Assembly (NCBI RefSeq): GCF_963921235.1
Contig: NC_086097.1
Location: forward strand, 26,910,001 to 26,974,000
Length of the DNA stretch: 64,000 nucleotides
DNA from: Mobula hypostoma
Taxonomy: Eukaryota
Reading direction: 5' to 3'
Under the pieces are notes generated by a model. That model saw only the letters and a program-made list of their open reading frames with translations. It searched no databases and was not told the origin of the DNA. The translations under genes were made by a program, and so were the position numbers. Below are positions 60,334-64,000 of the stretch, in pieces (position 1 is the stretch's first letter; each line of letters begins with the position of its first letter).

Positions 60334-61026
60334 AAGAAATAGAACATAAATAGTGCAAAAAGAGAGCAAAATAGTGTTTATGAGTTCATGGACCGTTCAG
60401 AAATCTGATGGCAGATAGGAGGAAGCTGTTCCTAAGACACTGAGTGTGCACCTGCAAACTTCTGTACTTCCTCTCAAATTAAATCAAGTTTAATTATCAT
60501 TCAAGCCATACATAGACACAGCTGAATGAGACAGTGTTCCTCTGGGGCCAAGGTACAAAACATTCAAAATAGCAAGCAAATGTTCGGAAAGAGTGAGTAA
60601 CATAATTCAAAATGTCAAGTGCAGTAGCATATTCACTCGAGGAAAACAAGTTTGCAAATGTTTGGGCACCGCTGGTCAAAATTTCTGTTACTGTGAATGG
60701 TTAAGTGAGTAGAAGATGAACTGATCTCCAAAAGTCATAAAGTTAAAGATGAAACATTCTTTTCAACATTTTAAGCAAGATTAGTGTATTATTTTTGTTT
60801 TGTATAATTTTAGAGTGGAAAAAAAAGGAAAGGAGCCGCATGCAAAAGTTTGGGCACCCCAAGAGATTTGAGCTCTCAGGGAACTTTTACCAAGGTCTCA
60901 GACCTTAATTAGCTTGTTAGGGCTATGGCTTGTTCACAGTCATCGTTGGGAAAGGCCAGGAGATGCAAATTTCAAAGCTTTATAAATACCCTGACTCCTC
61001 AAACCTTGTCCCAACAATCAGCAGCC

Positions 61027-62047
61027 ATGGGCTCCTCTAAGCAGCTGCCTAGCACTCTGAAAATTAAAATAAATGATGCCCACAAAATAGGAGAAGGCTT
61101 TAAGAAGATAGCAAAGCGTTTTCAGGTAGCTGTTTCCTCAGTTCGTAATGTAATTGAGAAATGGCAGTTAACAGGAACGGTGGAGGTCAAGTTGAGGTCT
61201 GGAAGACCAAGAAAACTTCCCCAGAGAACTGCTCGTAGGATTGCTAGAAAGGTAAATCAAAACCCCCGTTTGACTGCAAAAGACCTTCAGGAAGATTTAG
61301 CAGACTCTGGAGTGGTGGTACACTGTTCTACTATGCAGCAACACCTGCACAAGTATGACCTTCATGGAAGAGTCATCAGAAGAAAACCTTTCCTGCGTCC
61401 TCACTACAAAATTCAACGTCAGAAGTTTGCAAAGAAACATCTAAACAAGCCTGATGCATTTTAGAAACAAGTCCTGTGGACTGATGAAGTTAAAATAGAA
61501 CTTTTTGGCCACAATGAGCAAAGGTATGTTTGGAGAAAAAAGGGTGCAGAATTTCATGAAAAGAACACCTCTCCAACTGTAAAGGACGGGGGTGGATCAA
61601 TCGTTCTTTGGGCTTGTGTTGCAGCCAGTGGCACGGGGAACATTTACTGGTAGAGGGAAGAATGAATTCAATTAAATACTAGCAAATTCTGGAAGCAAAC
61701 ATCACACCATCTGTAAAAAAGGTGAAGATGAAAAGAGGATGGCTTCTACAACAGGATAATGATCCTAAACACACCTCAAAATCCACAATGGACTACCTCA
61801 AGAGGCGCAAGCTAATGGTTTTGCCATGGCCCTCACAGTCCCCAACCTAAACATCACTGAAAATCTGTTGGTAGACCTCAAAAGAGCAGTGCATGCAAGA
61901 CGGCCCAAGAATCTAACAGAACTAGAAGCCTTTTGCAAGGAAGAATGGGTGAAAATCCCCCAAACAAGAATTGAAAGACTCTTAACTGGCTACAGAAAAC
62001 GTTTACAAGCTGTGATACTTGCCAAAGGGGGTGTTACTAAGTACTAA
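61027..62047 (+). pseudogene. Tc1 transposase (about 340 aa) with stops and frameshifts
   Basis: MGSSKQL...RSGRPRKL (paired-like DNA-binding domain), VLWTDE, QQDNDPKH and NITENL. Premature TAG at 61462 and about 61680; frameshifts near 61645 and 61840. Confidence 0.92.
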
Positions 62048-62177
62048 CTATGCAGGGTGCCCAAACTTTTGCTGCGGGCCCTTTTCCTTTTTTATTTTGA
62101 AACCGTAAAAGATGGAAATAAGAAAGTAATCTTGCTTAAAATATTAAAGAAATGTGTTATCTTTAACTTTATGCCTT

Positions 62178-62817
62178 TAAAGAGAGCTTTTGTTACATTG
62201 GCCTTTATTAATCAAAGTATTGAGTATAAGAGCTGGAACGTTATGATGAGGTTGTTTAAGGCATTGGTGAGGCCGAATCTGGAGTATTGTGTTCAGTTTT
62301 GGTCACCAAATTACAGGAAGGACATAAATAAGGTTGAAAGAGTGCAGAGGAGGTTTACAAGGATGTTGCCGGGACTTGAGAAACTCAGTTACAGAGAAAG
62401 GTTGAATAGGTTAGGACTTTATTCCCTGGAGCGTAGAAGAATGAGGGGAGATTTGATAGAGGTATATAAAATTATGATGGGTATAGATAGAGTGAATGCA
62501 AGCAGGCTTTTTCCACTGAGGCAAGGGGAGAAAAAAACCAGAGGACATGGGTTAAGGGTGAAGGGGGAAAAGTTTAAAGGGAACATTAGTGGGGGCTTCT
62601 TCACACAGAGAGTGGTGGGACTATGGAATGAGCTGCCAGATGAGGTGGTAAATACGGGTTCTTTTTTAACATTTAAGAATAAATTGGACAGATACATGGA
62701 TGGGAGGTGTATGGAGGGATATGGTCTGTGTGCAGGTCAGTGGGACTAGGCAGAAAATGGTTTGGCACAGCCAAGAAGGGCCAAAAGGCCTGTTTCTGTG
62801 CTGTGGTTTCTATGGTT
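62178..62817 (+). mobile_element. Young CR1 3' fragment
   Basis: Near-identical to the reverse complement of 19120-19760. The frame is open to the natural stop at 62749. Confidence 0.95.
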
Positions 62818-63599
62818 TTGGAAATCAGTTCATCTTTTACTCGCTTCGCTATTCACAGTAACAGAAATTTTGACCGGGGTGCCCAAACTTTGGCATGCCA
62901 CGGTATAGTCCAAGACACTGAGTGACAATGTCCAGCAGTCGATGTACAGTCTCCCGGCAGTGTACAGATGCACGCAGTCCAGCCCATCATTCCACCGCTC
63001 AAACAGGGGAGGGCAGGCCCCAGCCGAGCTCAACCACACTGTAGTGTTTCTGCGGCTCTCACCTGGTCTGCAGCAGCAAGCAAGCCCGAGACTTGAGGCC
63101 TAGCTCTGGCTACAGCTGAGGCTGCACAACTCCCGTGTCGACTCTCCCACCACTGGACCGGGGTAACAGGCCTGCAGCAACTTACATCATCACTGCCCAA
63201 CAGAGTCTTGCGATCGCAAATGAAATGTCCGAGACATCTCCCACGGTTATACTGCGCCAACTCTGACGATTCCAGGTAGCGAGCAGTGACAGGGTCTGCA
63301 GGGAGGTCAGCTCCTCCAAACCCGAAATGGCTCCTCGGATACACTGGCAGGCTGCTCTGATATCACGACCGGCTCCTGCGATATCCCGACATCTCAGCGA
63401 CTCCGCTGCCGGCACCAGTCCAGCTACTCTGATCGACAAGCACTGCACTGATGGAGCAGCCCTGCAGTACCCGATGTTCTTGGAGAAGAATCGTCTTTGG
63501 ATTGTAAAAAAACACATCCTACAAAGAGAGAAGCGCCTTTGGTTGGCCCCCGAGAGGCCGCTATACTTGCATACTCCACTATCTTACCAGAAGTTGGTA

Positions 63600-64000
63600 A
63601 TGAGGAGAGGGCATGTCCCAGTTGGTGAGGGTCCTCAATGATAGATGCCACGTTTTTCTTGAAGATGGCTTCGATGCTGGGAGGCTGGGGCCCATGACGG
63701 AGCTGGCTGGCTCTGCAGCTCCCCACAGCTTTCTTCAGTCTTGTACATTGAGGCTTCCATACCAGCTGCAGTGGAACCAGTCAGACTGTTCCCCACTGTA
63801 CATCGGTAGAAATTTGCTAGAGTCTTTGGTGACATACCAAATCTCCTCAAACTCCTCATGAAGTATAGCTGCTGGCATGCTTCCTTCATGAATTTATCAG
63901 TATGTTGGGGCCAGGATAGATCCTCTGACACCCAGGAACTTGAAGTTGTTCCCCCGTTCCACTGCTGACCCTTCATTGCAATGGTCTCATACAATAGAAT
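63600..64000 (-). mobile_element. Rex1/Babar-type LINE fragment
   Basis: SEDLSW..H...KEACQQLYFMRSLRRFGMSPKTLANFYRCTV. Confidence 0.8.

Larger units (their letters stand above)
60650..62903 (+). mobile_element. Tc1-family DNA transposon with long IR/DR-type TIRs; CR1 inserted in the right TIR
   Basis: TIRs of about 210 bp each carry two copies of a TGCAAA(A/T)GTTTGGGCACC-type repeat (about 60655 and 60841; inverted at about 62055 and 62877). The right end is followed by TA at 62904-62905. The left terminal bases are damaged. Confidence 0.92.

Noticed and set aside
62057..62749. 230-aa ORF as a novel Tc1-CR1 fusion gene
   Set aside because: It is chance read-through from the non-coding Tc1 TIR into a truncated CR1 C-terminus, from a non-ATG start.
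62906..63600. GC-rich segment with overlapping ORFs as a possible exon, such as KCNK13 exon 2
   Set aside because: No K2P motifs appear in the listed ORFs. It more likely continues the repeat at about 60480-60640 that the Tc1 interrupted; the family was not identified.

Overview
This is vertebrate nuclear DNA, not prokaryotic. The repeat landscape (V-SINEs with CR1 LINEs, Rex1/Babar-type LINEs, Penelope-like elements) suggests a cartilaginous fish such as a ray; that assignment is inference. Two host genes lie on the + strand. TDP1 contributes its last three coding exons (1-37, 23009-23123, 36357-36430; poly(A) signal 36607), which the ORF track largely misses. KCNK13/THIK-1 contributes its first coding exon (46153-46477) inside a CpG island, in the same gene order as in human. 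Most of the remainder is transposon-derived: a full-length but disrupted L1, many CR1 and Rex1 fragments, Penelope-like elements with minimal hammerhead-ribozyme motifs, hAT, Tigger and Tc1 DNA transposons, two solo LTRs, a decayed Gypsy element, tRNA-derived SINEs and minisatellites. Several insertions are nested 3-4 deep and have readable TSDs. The most unusual items are a tandem tRNA-Lys/tRNA-Arg pseudogene pair just upstream of a hAT transposase, palindromic Penelope-derived mini-elements, a Tigger with a 240-bp internal hairpin, and a composite hAT MITE carrying a Tigger end. I cannot support a new protein-coding system or a CRISPR array. Boundaries of degraded repeats are approximate unless a TSD is quoted.
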